From assembly GCA_964188305.1 (NCBI GenBank), contig OZ076899.1: a DNA stretch of 64,000 nucleotides; one strand, 5' to 3'. The notes below the pieces were generated by a model. That model was not told the origin of the DNA and ran no database searches. It saw only the letters and a program-made list of their open reading frames with translations. The first letter of the stretch is position 1, and each line of letters opens with the position of its first letter. Source of the stretch: Podarcis bocagei. Taxonomy: Eukaryota. Made by a program: the position numbers and the translations under genes. Shown here in pieces: positions 49,201 through 62,500 of the stretch.

Positions 49201-51001
49201 CGGTCCTGTTAGGGTTTTTATGGCTGGTGTATGGTTTTTACAACGTCTTCTATAGCTCTATAAATTCATATTTAGGGCTAGTATATGACTTTTGTAATTC
49301 GTTTTATATTTTAATACTGCATGAAAGCCACCTTGGGAAAGTGGTTTCCCTAAAGGGTGGCATATAAGCCTTTAGAAGGAATAAACGGCAAAGTCAGCAC
49401 TCCCTGCCTGCTCCCCTCTGTGGGCTCTTCCAGTCAACCCTGGCTGCTCCCTCAGCCCTTTCAGTAAACTGGGGAGGGCTTTCCCTTTCCTTTCCTGGCC
49501 TCGTCCTCAGGTGCCTGGCCTAACAGTTGCAGTGTGTGGGTCAGCAGAGAGCAGGAGCAGAAGGTCTACCGGGTGGTGCCTCATGTGCCCCTAGGGATCC
49601 CCCTGCCTTCATCCTTCCTTTCTGTCCTGTTTACTCCAGGGATCTTGGCAATCGGGCTCATCAATGAGGCTTTGGACGAAGGAGATGCGAGGAAGACCTT
49701 GCAGGCGCTGCAGATTCCTGCAGCAAAGCTGGAGGGGGTCACCCCCAAAGTAGCACAGCATTACCAAGATGTGCTGCTCCGCACCAAGAGGGAGAAAGCT
49801 CAGGTGTGTTGGGCATCCCTCCCTGCATCCAGGGGTGGGGAGGTTTTCACTGTCTGACTCCTCCGCTGGGAGTGTTCCACAGCCCCATACTTTAGCAGGG
49901 CCAGTCCAGATAACCTGGGCCGTCCTTTGGCGCCCAGGGAGGATGGCAGTGATGCTTCTGTTGGCTCTCAGAGGCCTTTGAGTGGCCTCCTGTCTGTGCA
50001 CTGACAAGGTGTGCAACTTCTGCTGCAGCTTTGGGGTCCTCGTTGGAATGATATTGGTATGGAATGTTGATGTTTATTAATAGCATTGCTTGTCCCCAGC
50101 CCCCTTTATGTTCATGAGCTTCTGTTGGGTCTCGTTTGGCCCATCTGGAAAATTTCTGGTTCTCTGAGGGCAGGGACCCGGCCAATCTCCTTTCACCCAC
50201 TTAGAGCAAGGGGCAGCCAATATGGTGCCCTCAGGATACTGTTGGACTCCAACTTCCATCAGCCCTTGCCAGCAAAGCCGATGGTCAGGGATGATGGCAG
50301 GAGCTGCCACCATCCCTTTCGAAGAGAGACTATTTCACTCTTCATCAGTGCTTTGTTTGAGGCAAGCTGGACTGGGTGCCATTTAGCTAAATGGATTTTA
50401 GTTTAAAACTGAGCCAGTCTGCAGGTGGAGACAAATGTTGCTTTGCACGCCAGTCATCTAGCATGTCTAAATTGGACTGGCTGAGAGTGGGGTAGGCTGG
50501 GAAGATTGAGAGGCAAAGCAGGCCTTTTGCCCCTCCCCTGGGTATGATATCCTCTCTTCTGTTTGGCTTCAGGTTCTTGGCTGGGGATGAACCTTGCTTT
50601 GCTTTGCTTTCAGGAAACTCGGGATGAAACGGCTGTCCTCTGGCTGGATGAAATCCAGGGGGGTGTTCTCCAGTCAAACAGGGACACAGAGGAAGCCCAG
50701 CGCTGTGAGTCTCCCTGTCATCTTTTCAGCGGTTTTTTTGGGGGGGAGGAGGCTGCCAATCTCTGTTCCCATCTAAAGATGCAACCATGCCAGTGGGGTG
50801 GGAAGCAGGTTCTGTTTGTTTGAACACTGGCATTTCTCTTGGTCACGCTTCCCAGAAACCTGCTTCCTAATACCCAACTGGCATTAGGATCATTTTAGCC
50901 CTAGGGGTCAAGGATGTCTCTGTTTCGTCTCTTGGGAGGTTGCAGGTCTTAAGTCAGTAGCCTGAGACCTCCTTGTAAAATGGCCAGTGTTCACTGTGGT
51001 G

Positions 51002-51043
<42 letters not shown>

Positions 51044-52605
51044 TAAAAATAAATAATTTAATATTTATACCCCACCCATCTGGCTGGGTTTCCCCAGCCA
51101 CTCTGGGCGGCTTCCACCAAAACACTAAAATACAATAACCTATTAAACATTAAAAGCTTCCCTAAACAGGGCTGCCTTCAGATGTCTTCTAACAGTTTGA
51201 TAGTAGTTTTTCTCTTTGACATCTGGTGGGAGGGCGTTCCACAGGGCGGGTGCCACTACTGAGAAGGCCCTCTGCCTGGTTCCCTGTAACTTGGCTTCTC
51301 GCAGCGAGGGAACCGCCAGAAGGCCCTCCGCGCTGGACCTCAGTGTCCGGGCAGAACGATGGAGGTGGAGACATTTATTTTCGTGGCCGCTCAGACTCCC
51401 CTCCACCCTTTCCCTGCGTTTTGGCCTGTGTCTCTGCAGAGGTCGCAAGGGCTTCTCTTGCTTTTATCTCAGTTGCTGTAGGAATCCTGGCCATCAACGA
51501 GGCAGTGGACCAGGGAGATGTTGGAGTGACCCTGGGTTGCCTGCGTTCAGCTGATGTAGGGCTGTATGGCGTGACCCCAGAGTGTGCCGACACGTACCAG
51601 CAGGAGCTGGCGGAAGTCAAGAGGACGAAGCTGGCAGCAGGTGAAGGCGGGGGCTGGAGAGGAATGGGGAATGTGGTCTGCAGGGGCCTGGACTGGCGGA
51701 GGGGAGAGGCTGTGTTGGCAGCTAGGCTGTCTTTGGCCATCCAGGCCAGCTTTGCCTCCTCTCCCCGCTCTGCTCCTACCGGAGTACTTGCCTGGCAGTG
51801 TCTGCGCACATTGTGCCACAGAGCCCCACAGTTCTCGTCACGGAGGCAGAGAAGAAGGGCTTCCTTGTCCCCCGCCCCACGACATCCCATTTCTTCCAGG
51901 AGACAACGGCAGTGAGTGGGTGAAGCACTGGGTGAAGGGAGGCTACCATTATTACCATAACCTGAGGACCAAAGAAGGAAGCTGGGAAGAGCCCCAGGGA
52001 GGATTTGTGCCAAATAACACACAGCTCTCCCGGGAGGATATCCAGGTATGTTGCGCGTGTGCCGCCTCCTCTAGTCCTCAGCACCACCAAATCAGGGCCC
52101 TCTTGACCTGTTCAGTGCAAGGGAGGGGTGTCATCGCAGGGTATCAGGTTTGTTTTGCCCCCTCTCAAGTGATCCTTGATTTCTTTTGCTCAGTCACTGA
52201 CATGTGCAAGGCCCTTTATGACTTCAGGGGGCAGCTTTGGGTGCTTCTGCTGCAAGATTTTTTTTCGCTATTTCTTTAAAACAGAACTATGATAGAGTGG
52301 AGAAGTGGGACCCACCTGTCATTTGGTTCTTCCCCTCCCTTCCAGCTGCTCATTATAACAGCTATTACGTAACTTTAGCAATGGGTCTTAAGTTTGCTGG
52401 TTTTCCTCCTCCCTCCCCATCCCACTTTCCTTTTGTGCCAAGTCTGTTAGATTGTAAACCTGTGGGCACAGCCTGCTTTTCTAATCTTGGTACAATGCCT
52501 GGAAAATTGTAAGGTAGTAGCTATATGAGATCGTTGCAGCAAAAAGAATAGCCTCGTAGTACCTTAAACACTAAGAAATGTATTATGGCATAAACTTCAG
52601 GTGCT

Positions 52606-52651
<46 letters not shown>

Positions 52652-55600
52652 TGACAATAATAATGGTTTACATTCCAGATAAAAACCATAAAATACAATT
52701 ATATCAGCAAAATATTAAAATGACATTAAAACCTGGTAGTACCCCTACACAGTGGCAAAAGGGCAGCAAAGGCAAAGTGTTAAAAGGTCCCTGAAGGTAC
52801 AGTGAATAAACACTCCCTGAGGTGATGCCGGGAGCACCAGAGGCAGCAACTCCTTCCGTTGCAAGCAAAGGCCGTTCTCTTGGGTCACCCTGAGTCAAGG
52901 GACCTGCCTCTGGGGCAAGGATGGGTGTTGGTTGCCTTTTGGCTAGGTGCTGAGTGCGGCCTTTTTCCTCCCCCCCCCCCCACTGCCTTTCCCCGGGCCA
53001 ACGGCGGTCTAGAGCTCCATCTCCGCCGTCACCGCTGCGTACAACCGAGAGCAGCTCTGGCTGGCCAACGAGAACCTGATTACCAGGCTGCAGGCCTGTT
53101 GCCGTGGCTACCTTGTCCGCCAGGAGTTCAGTGGCCGGATGCGTTTCTTGAAGAAGCAGGTTCCTGCCATCACCTGCATCCAGGTACAGGGGGAACTGGT
53201 GGTGGGAGGGCAGGGAGAACTTGGGGAGAGAAAGCAAAGAGCTGCCGGGGGTGGGCATTGAGGGTGGGGAACTCTGGTTCAGGGATGTGTAAAGTAGCTG
53301 GTCTGTGGCGGTACCCACTTGGCAAAGCTTCCTTTGGTCTGTCGGCTGGGCTTCTTCAAGGTTCCCACAGTCAACCCTTTTGTTCTCATTCTGTTGTTTG
53401 CGGTTGCTGGTTGGGGATACCATGTTCTGCAGGCTGTACCTCACGGCTGTGGAGAATTTGAGGAGCCCAGTTCTGGTGCCAGAGTGATGGGCAGCTAAGT
53501 AAAGGGCCATGCAGCCCCCCTAAGTCCCCGCTTCTTTCGCCCCCACCAAGTCCTGCAGGAGAACAGTCCAGCATTGGCTTGGAAGAGTTTCTTGGTCTTT
53601 CCTTCTGGGGTAGGGGAGTGAGGTTGTTTAAGCTTTAAGCTCCCCCAGGGTATCTGTTGCAAGGGTGGTGGATATTTTGGTTCCTTGTTTTCAAATCTGG
53701 GTGAGAGATGCTCTTTGGAGAGAGCTGGCCATGCTACTGAAAGCCCAGATCCTGTTCATTACGGTGCCACAATCCTTGGCACTGTTTCTGTTCAGAGTCC
53801 CTCGTTTTGAGGTGGTTTGGCTTTCAATAGAGGCTGCTTTTGGTCCAGCAGCTGAGCAAAGCGAAGCAGTGGCTGTCCCCAGCTGAGATCAGTTTGGGGG
53901 TGCAGACTGGAGGGAAGTGGGGGGGTGGTGTGCAGAAGCATACAGGAGATGTAGCAGTCAGGCAAAGGAGGCTTCTAACCTCGTGTTGGGTTTGGTTTCA
54001 GTCTCAGTGGCGTGGCTACAAGCAGCGAAAGGCCTATCAAGACCGCCTGAAGTACCTGGAGGCCCACAAGGATGAAGCGGTGAAGGTAATTATCTTTCTA
54101 GGTCATGCTGCCCCCGCTCTATCTTTCCAGGATGGATAAAACTGGTGGTCTCCTTCCCCTCCCACTTCCTTGCCTCAGCCCAAGCCCTCTGGGACTCCTA
54201 GTGGCTGGTCTTTACCCCTTCGTACTCTAAATAACAGTTATACATATTTATGCTTGACAACAATTTTTCACACCCTTTTAGATGTGGCGGCCATTTTATG
54301 TTAGGCCATGCCCTCACAGCAGCCATTTTGTAACCAGCACCCACAAAATTCCCGTGTGCCCACTAGCTCCAAAGAGTTGGCAACCTCTGCTTTCAAACAG
54401 ACTTGATATGAGATCCTCTGGCCCATGGGTCTAATCCAGCCTTCCGGGCCTTTCCACCAAGCCCCAAGCCATGCCCCCTCCTCCTTGGCTGTGCTTGCTT
54501 CGCTTCCCCACCCTCTCACAAGAGGCCAGCAATATTCCCATGTCTCTTCCAGAAAAAGGCCGGCAGTGGTTGTCTGCCCTGATCCCCTTTTGCCTGATCT
54601 TCTACTTGCTTTGCCTCTCTCAGTTAACCTCTCACTCTCCCCCACCCCCCGCAAAAAAGAAAAGGAAAGGAAAAGAAGGTCCTCTTCCTCTTTTGGCCAT
54701 CTGCTTCCCTCTTCCTCACTGCCATGGTGCCTGCAGGCAAAACAAAAACAACATCCCCTCCGTAGGGCCAAGCACTACTCAGGCCAACTCCTTCCCAAAT
54801 GTGTCCACAGTAACCTCCTAGCAAATGACTTGGCCGCCTGCTTTGAAGCCTCCTTTCCCACCTCACGCCCATGCAAGGCATCTCCTGGCACATGGTGTGC
54901 TTCAGCCAAGATTGGAAAGCTCAGCCATGGATTGTCACATCACCTGGCATTGTAAGGATAGCAAAGGAGGGGGCTTCATCTGACCCATGTGCAGCCAGGA
55001 TGAGGATACAAAGCCAGGGGCTCCACCTACCCTTCTCTACCAGGAAGCAGGAGGTCCCAGAGCCCCATTCTCCATCCTCTCCCCCCTACTGAGCTTAGTG
55101 CAGCACCCATTTTCAATTTTTTCCCATCTTCCACAGATTCAAGCCATGACCAGGATGTACCAGGCCCGGAAACGGTACCGAGGTCGGCTGCAGTACTTCC
55201 GGGATCATGTAAGTGCATTGCAGGTGGGGCACCTGGGATTGCTGCATTCCCTCCCATCAGTCCTGGTGACCAGCAGGGCCAATGGATGATAGTGGTGTCA
55301 GTCATGATGATGATCGTGGAGGTTGTCCAGTGACATCCAGGGGTGGAGGGGTGTGGATGGAAGCACAGGATGGCAAAGGGTTTGCTTTTCTCTCTTGGCT
55401 AGATCAATGACATTGTGAAGATCCAGGCTTTCATCCGTGCCAATAAAGCTCGCGATGACTACAAGACGCTGAGTGAGTATTGCCAGGAAGGGAGGCCCAC
55501 ACAGCTAGTCATGTCCTGAAACTGTCCAAGAAGGGACTGTTGTGGCAAGCAGGAAGGCTGCCATTTTTCATTGGTTTCCTACAATCCAGTTGTCCCACAG

Positions 55601-58600
55601 GGGACATAAGGGGACAAAGCCACTCAGTGGAAGCTGATGGACCACCTTTTTCTCTGTAACTGGCATTGGGAGGTAACCATGGCAATATTCGGCCTGGCTA
55701 TTTTGGTCATGGAAGTGGGTTTGGCATGTGACCTCGCCAAAGCTTATTAAGAAGTGGATTTCTTCACTTGCCTGTCCTGCTTCTGCTGAGAGCCTGCCTT
55801 GGCTCCTTGGACCTCCCCACTCCCTCCCTCCCCTTCAAAACGGGGCAAAATGGAGGGGTTTGGGTTCTTTCCTTTCAGTCTGTCTGCTTCTTATGTACAC
55901 AAGAAAGAGCGATTCTCTCGTGAAAATAAATGAAAGGCCTGCTCCTTTTGTGCCATCAGCATTTGTCACCATTCCTTGGCTGGCGTCTTTCCCTCCACAG
56001 TCAATGCTGAAGACCCCCCAATGGCGGTTGTCCGGAAGTTTGTGCACTTGCTGGATCAGAGCGATCAAGATTTCCAAGAGGAACTGGACGTGATGAAGCT
56101 GCGTGAGGAGGTCGTGACCTTGATCCGCTCCAATCAGCAGCTGGAGAATGACCTCAACCTCATGGACATAAAAATTGGCTTGCTGGTGAAGAACAAAATC
56201 ACACTGCAGGTATATTCTCCACTGTCTGGGAGGGGAGCAATCCCCCTTGCCAAGTTCTCCTCAAGCAACAAGGACACAGTTGTGTATGGCAGGTTCTGAA
56301 GGTGTTTGTTAGAGCTCATAAAGCAACAGTCTCCCTCTCGTCAATAATTTCCCTGCCAGACCAAATTAGTTATCCATCAGTTGTCCTATGGCTGATGAGA
56401 AAGATGGCCACATCCACATAACGTGACAGTCGGGGGTATCCTGTGTCTCTGAATATGGTAGGTTGTTTATCTGTGAAGATAAGAGGCCCCAAACAATTCA
56501 AGGGATATCCAAATCCCCCAATTCGGCTATTGCCTTATGTAGCTTTGGTAAGCATCTTTGTTCTTTTTCTGTCCCAATATTTCCATTTCAATGATTGATA
56601 GATCTACTGATACTGCTCAGCAGGTAAGGAAAACTTGGATTTGAGGGCCAGAAGGGTGCTAGCTAGTATTTCCAAGTCTACTCTTAGATCAAATGTTCAT
56701 TCCCGTGGCCAACCCCGACCTCCCACCTGGAGAGTCAGCGGCAGGAGACGAGGCCAGGGTCCCAGGGAAACGATGGGTTGCTAAGCACAGGCTCTGAGTT
56801 CCCCTCTGCTCTTCCCTCCTTGCTGCAGGATGTCGTGTCTCACAGCAAGAAGCTTACCAAGAAGAATAAGGAGCAGCTCTCGGACATGATGATGTTGAAC
56901 AAGCAAAGGGGAGGCTTGAAGGCTCTGAGCAAAGAGAAGAGGGAGAAGCTGGAAGCCTATCAGCACCTCTTCTACTTGCTGCAGGTGAGGAGAGAGGAAG
57001 AGCTGTAGCGGGAGGTGACCCTTTGTCTTCTCTCCTCTTCTCTCCGTGAACTGCTCTCCATGATCCCCTCCTTGTTTCGCCGCAGACTAACCCCACCTAC
57101 CTGGCTAAGCTGATTTTCCAAATGCCCCAGAACAAATCCACAAAATTCATGGACTCTGTCATCTTCACGCTGTACAACTACGCCTCCAATCAGCGGGAGG
57201 AGTACCTGTTGCTGCGCCTCTTCAAGACTGCACTGCAGGAGGAGATCAAGTACGTTGGTTGGGAGTCTTTAATTCTCAGGGGCTGCATGGGGCGTAAAGA
57301 CAGCTCTTAGGCTACAGCTGTTCACCGCACTTTGGGCTCTCATTTTTTTAGTAGAAGTTCAGCCCTTGGTTACCATGGGGAGTCGTGGAGCCCAGACGCC
57401 TGTCACAGAGGGCAGCTTTCTTTGGGCTTCTGGTTCCTGCTTGTCACTTTTGGCTCCCAAGTTGGAAGGCCAGGCATGAGTTTGCCATGTGGTCAGCAGT
57501 AAATGCTCACATGTGGTTGTAAGGGGAGGAGCAATAAAGCTATTTAAACTATTAAACTGAAATACTCAAAAAGAAAAACATTACTTTTCCCCTGACTTTG
57601 CATTCTCAGTTATATTGGTGTGGGGGGCCCCTTTCACATTGGAATAAGTGCACCACCCTGAGGTTTTGTGATGAAGGGTGGTATGTAAATTGGATATAGA
57701 TAGACAGACAGAGGTACTTGTGCTTCCCTCTTGGTGGGAGGCTGGCCGGCCATTGACTAATAGGAGAGGCGGGGAGGAAACTCCTCCTGGTTGAAGGTTC
57801 TGAAACCACCTGCAAACAAAAGCTGGATCTGAAAACCTGAGGATGACAACAACAACAACAACAACAACAACAATAACAGGAATGTATGAAAGAGAAGCAT
57901 GAAAATTGGAAGGCCACCCTCTGGGCTTGGGTACCAGCATCTTCTGCTGGGAAAGTTAGCTGGTTTTCATCCACATGTGTTTCCAGCAAGCCTTTCTCGC
58001 CTTCTTCCAGATCAAAGGTGGATCAGCTGCAAGAGATTGTGACGGGAAACCCCACAGTGATCAAGATGGTGGTGAGCTTCAACCGTGGTGCTCGTGGACA
58101 GAACACCTTGAGGCAGATCCTGGCCCCGGTTGTGAAGGAGATCATGGAGGACAAATCTCTCAATATTAAAACTGATCCAGTGGACATCTACAAGTCCTGG
58201 GTCAACCAGATGGAGTCACAGACCGGAGAGGCCAGGTATGAGGGGCTGTTCATGCTCATAGGAGGTGCCAAAAGGGGTCTGGATGTTTTTCAGGGGAGAG
58301 AGAGAGAAGCCCGGGTTGGGTGGGTCATGCCCTGAATCAGCACACATCCTCATTTGGATTTTCACGTTTTGTGGCGGCTTGTATCTGAAAAGTTCCTTTC
58401 CCCCCTCAAAAGTTTTAAAAATAGATTCCATTCACTGATACGTAAGATTAAATATTTTGACTTGAAGGCCTCACAGTCATGGCCTTAGGAAAGGTCATGT
58501 AGTCATTCCAGGGCACAAAGGTGAGCTGAACCTGGCAAAAGGTTTAGAGCCATTTAAAAAACACCATGTTCTCAATAAAGAGCGATATAGAAAGCTGCTT

Positions 58601-59362
58601 CCTTCATTCCTCCCTTCTGCTTTGGGGGCATTTATCAAGGGTCAGATGGTCATAGGAGAGGAATGTCGGCAAAGACCTCAAAACCCAAAGCTCTTGCTGG
58701 ACCCCTTATGTTCCCCACCCCCTTGCCCTCTGGGCTACCTGCCACCCACCATCCTTTGGGAAGGATGATTGGGACAGAAGACTCCCTTAGAGCCCATACC
58801 TGAGGGCCTTTCTCTCTCCCCACCCCCCACCTCAAATAGGGCTGATCTGTCACCAGGTGCCCCCTGGGCAGGATCCAGATGGCTGTTTATGCACATGTGC
58901 TGTTTGTTGTGTCTGTCCAGCATAAGCTGGAGGGCTAAGAGGGGGATGCAAGCGGCAGCACCCTCCAGCCAACACTTCCCACCACTCACCTGCCTATGGC
59001 TTTCCCTTGACAGTAAGCTGCCCTACGACGTCACTCCGGAGCAAGCCCTGGCCCACGAGGAGGTCAAGACGCGCCTGGATGCCTCCATCAAGAACATGCG
59101 GGCCATCACCGACAAGTTTCTGCTGGCCATCATCGGCTCCCTGGAGAAAATCCCGTGAGTGTCCTAAGCTGCCCCTCGGGCGGATGCAGGCGGAGGAGGG
59201 TCCTTCTAAGCTTCTCTCCGCCTCTTTCCTCATTCCCGGCCTTGTTCTCCCTCTACAGCTATGGCATGCGCTTCATTGCCAAGGTCTTGAAAGATTCACT
59301 ACACGAAAAATTTCCTGACGCCAGTGAGGATGATCTGCTGAAGGTGAGGAAGCAGGGTTTCT

Positions 59363-59407
<45 letters not shown>

Positions 59408-59533
59408 CACTTGCTTCGTGCTCTCTTGGTCAGACCACCTGTCAATCACATTTGCAGCTCCAGTGACCTAGGTGAGCATGGAGGTGGGGGCTGCTTTGAG
59501 AGCAGAGGGGGTGGACTCGCTGCTTCTACTGCA

Positions 59534-59564
<31 letters not shown>

Positions 59565-62500
59565 CTGCTGGGCTTCTTCCTTCTCTCTAAAGAGCTGCAG
59601 CCAGTGGTCTCACTTGGTCTCAGCAGCAGCCTGTGCCACTTTCCTTTTTTTAAAAAAAGAGAGCTTTTCAGGTAGACAAACTTTTTTTCAAAAAATGTTT
59701 TTCAAAAGAGCAAGGATGTCTCTCTGGTGAATGGTCAGTGGCACTCTCTTCTCATACAAGTTTAAAGCCTGAGAGAACTCACGAGGATGGCCTTTCCGTC
59801 CAGTGGGTCTGCCCTGTTTTGGGGACTGTTGTGACCTGTGCCTGGCAGTTTCTCTCAAAGATAAAGAGCCATCTTGTGCCTTCTTCTAAAAAAGAGACCT
59901 GAATGCTGTTGTTTTCTTCTTCTCTTCTAGTTCTGTGCTTTCCCACACTGAAGCATCGAATCTAGGCTTTCTCTGCAGGTGAATTCCTTTTTTAAAGCAT
60001 GCCTTTAGGTGGGAAGCAGGCGGAGGAGCTTGCAGCGGCCACAGGGTAGCAGCAAAAAGTCAGGATGGAAGTGCACAATTCAGGGTGGGGGGAGCTGCTA
60101 GAGCAGCCAATGAGCTGAAACCATTCAACTTTTTCATTAAAGTGGCCTGTGAACTCCTGGCTTCTCCGTATCTCTGGGGAAAGAGCTGGGAGCCCTTAGC
60201 CCATGGATCACTGCCCATTCCCCATAGTCCAGCAGCGAAAACTTCCTAGCCTGTGGCTTTCTTTGACTACTGCCTTTTGAGGCTGTTGGGGAGGCAAGAT
60301 TATAGCTCCAAGGCACTTCCGTGGGAGCCAACCCTCCCTCCCTTTCTTTCCTGGCGTGTCTCCAACCAGACAAATGGCACCTGCTTAATGTAGCCACCCA
60401 GCGGAGCTGAGAAATGATCTGCCCCGGGGCGTCTGTGCTGGATGTTCCGTTTGCCAAGTCCTTGCCTTGTTTCTGGCTCTTCCTGGCTTTTTCCGCGTCT
60501 CAGCTGCATTTCCCAATGTGGCTAATTCTCTTCCAAAGTGAGGAAAACAGCAGCTGCCTGCCTGCCTGCTCCCAAATGCCTGTGGCTTCCTTTCCTTTCT
60601 AAAGCCCTATTGCCTCCCCTCTGCCTCTTTGTGCAACTGAGCAGGTTGGCGGTGGGGGACAGAATTGGTGAAAGTGGCTTCCTCCAGACAAGGTGAGGTC
60701 ACAAAGGACTCTTTCCCTAGATTGTAGGCAACCTTCTGTACTATCGCTACATGAACCCGGCCATTGTGGCTCCAGATGCCTTTGACATCATTGATCTGTC
60801 AGCTGGAGGACAGTTGACGACAGACCAACGGCGAAACCTCGGCTCCATTGCAAAAATGTTGCAGCATGCAGCATCCAATAAGATGTTCCTGGGGGACAAT
60901 GCGCACCTAGGCATCATCAACGAGTACCTTTCTCAGTCCTACCAGAAATTCAGGTAAAGTAGAGTGACAATGACTTTCAGCAAGGAATGATGGGGCCAAT
61001 GACAGTGAATTATTCAGAACAGATAGGAAGGAGGAGATCTGTTTCTCTGGTGGGGGGGACACATTTCCTTGTAAAGTCCCACAAGAAGTTGCCTGCTTCT
61101 GACATGGCACAGACATGGCTGACTGGCGTAAATTCACAGTCCAACCTTGCTTGGGAATTTCTCCTGAAATACACCATTGTATTTAGGTAGCCACAACAAC
61201 AGATTCCCCAAAAGTTCTGTCACCTGGGGAAGTAAGGTTCCTTTCTGAGAATTGGGCACGCAGAAATATTTTTAGCAGGGGAGACTCATTTGAGAACAAG
61301 TTTAGTTTTATCTTTTCTTTCACCAAATAGGGTGGGTGAGTGTGCTTCGTGGTCAAACTTAAAAGCCAAGGTTGTTGTGACTCCAGTTCCCATCATCCAG
61401 TGTGTTGCATTCCAGTTTTAAAGGATGCTGCTTGGGACTGTTCACCATAGTGATTTATGGGAAGTGTTATAATCGCCCCAGCTGAGAATTTCCTGGTGGA
61501 CAAATATGGTGCTTGTGAAGACCTATTTGGCCAAAATGGGGCAGAAAAGCATCACCAGCTGGGTTGGGGGTGGCAGGGGTGGGACATTCCAGATTAGGTT
61601 AACTCTCTTTTGCCTTTCTGAAGGCGGTTTTTCCAGGCTGCTTGTGAAGTCCCAGAGCTGCAAGAGAAGTTCAATGTTGATGAATATTCAGACTTGGTGA
61701 CCCTCACAAAGCCAGTGATCTATATTTCCATTGGAGAAATAATAAACACACACACTGTAAGTCTCCTTTGTGTATTGGACTGTTGTGGTGTAGACTTACT
61801 CTCTTGGTATAAATAAAAAAGTTTTCCTAAAGAATACCAGAAACTACACAAAAACATCACAAACATCACAAGCACAAATTATTATTATTCATCCTGTACT
61901 GTAGTGGTTCTCAACCTTCCTAATGCCACAACCTTTTAATACAGTTCCTCATGTTGTGGTGACCCCCAACCATAAAATTATTTTCGTTGCTACTTCATAA
62001 CTGTAATTTTGCTGCTGTTATGAATCGTAATGTAAATATCTGATATGCAGGATGTATTTTCCTTGTTACAAACTGAACATAATTAAAGCATAGTGATTAA
62101 TCACAAAACAATATGTAATTATATTGTGAAATATTTATTTCTAATTACAAATAAATGAAATTTTGTCTTGAAGCATGGTGTAGCATGGGTAGCCTGGTCT
62201 TAGGCAACCCCTGTGAAAGGGTTGTTCGACCCCCAAAGGGGTCGCGACCCACAGATTGAGAACCGCTGCTGTATTGTGTTTTTACTATTTCTTGTTGGGA
62301 ACTGCCCAGAGTGTCTGGGGCAACCCAGTCAAATGGGTGGCATATAAATAAGAAATTGTTATATTATTATTATTATTATCAGCTCACTTGCCTAATCTTT
62401 GTTACTCACAAACTAGCTGCTTTTGGACCATCAAGATGCCATCGCTCCTGAGCACAATGACCCTATTCATGAGCTTCTGGATGACCTGGGGGAGGTGTCC

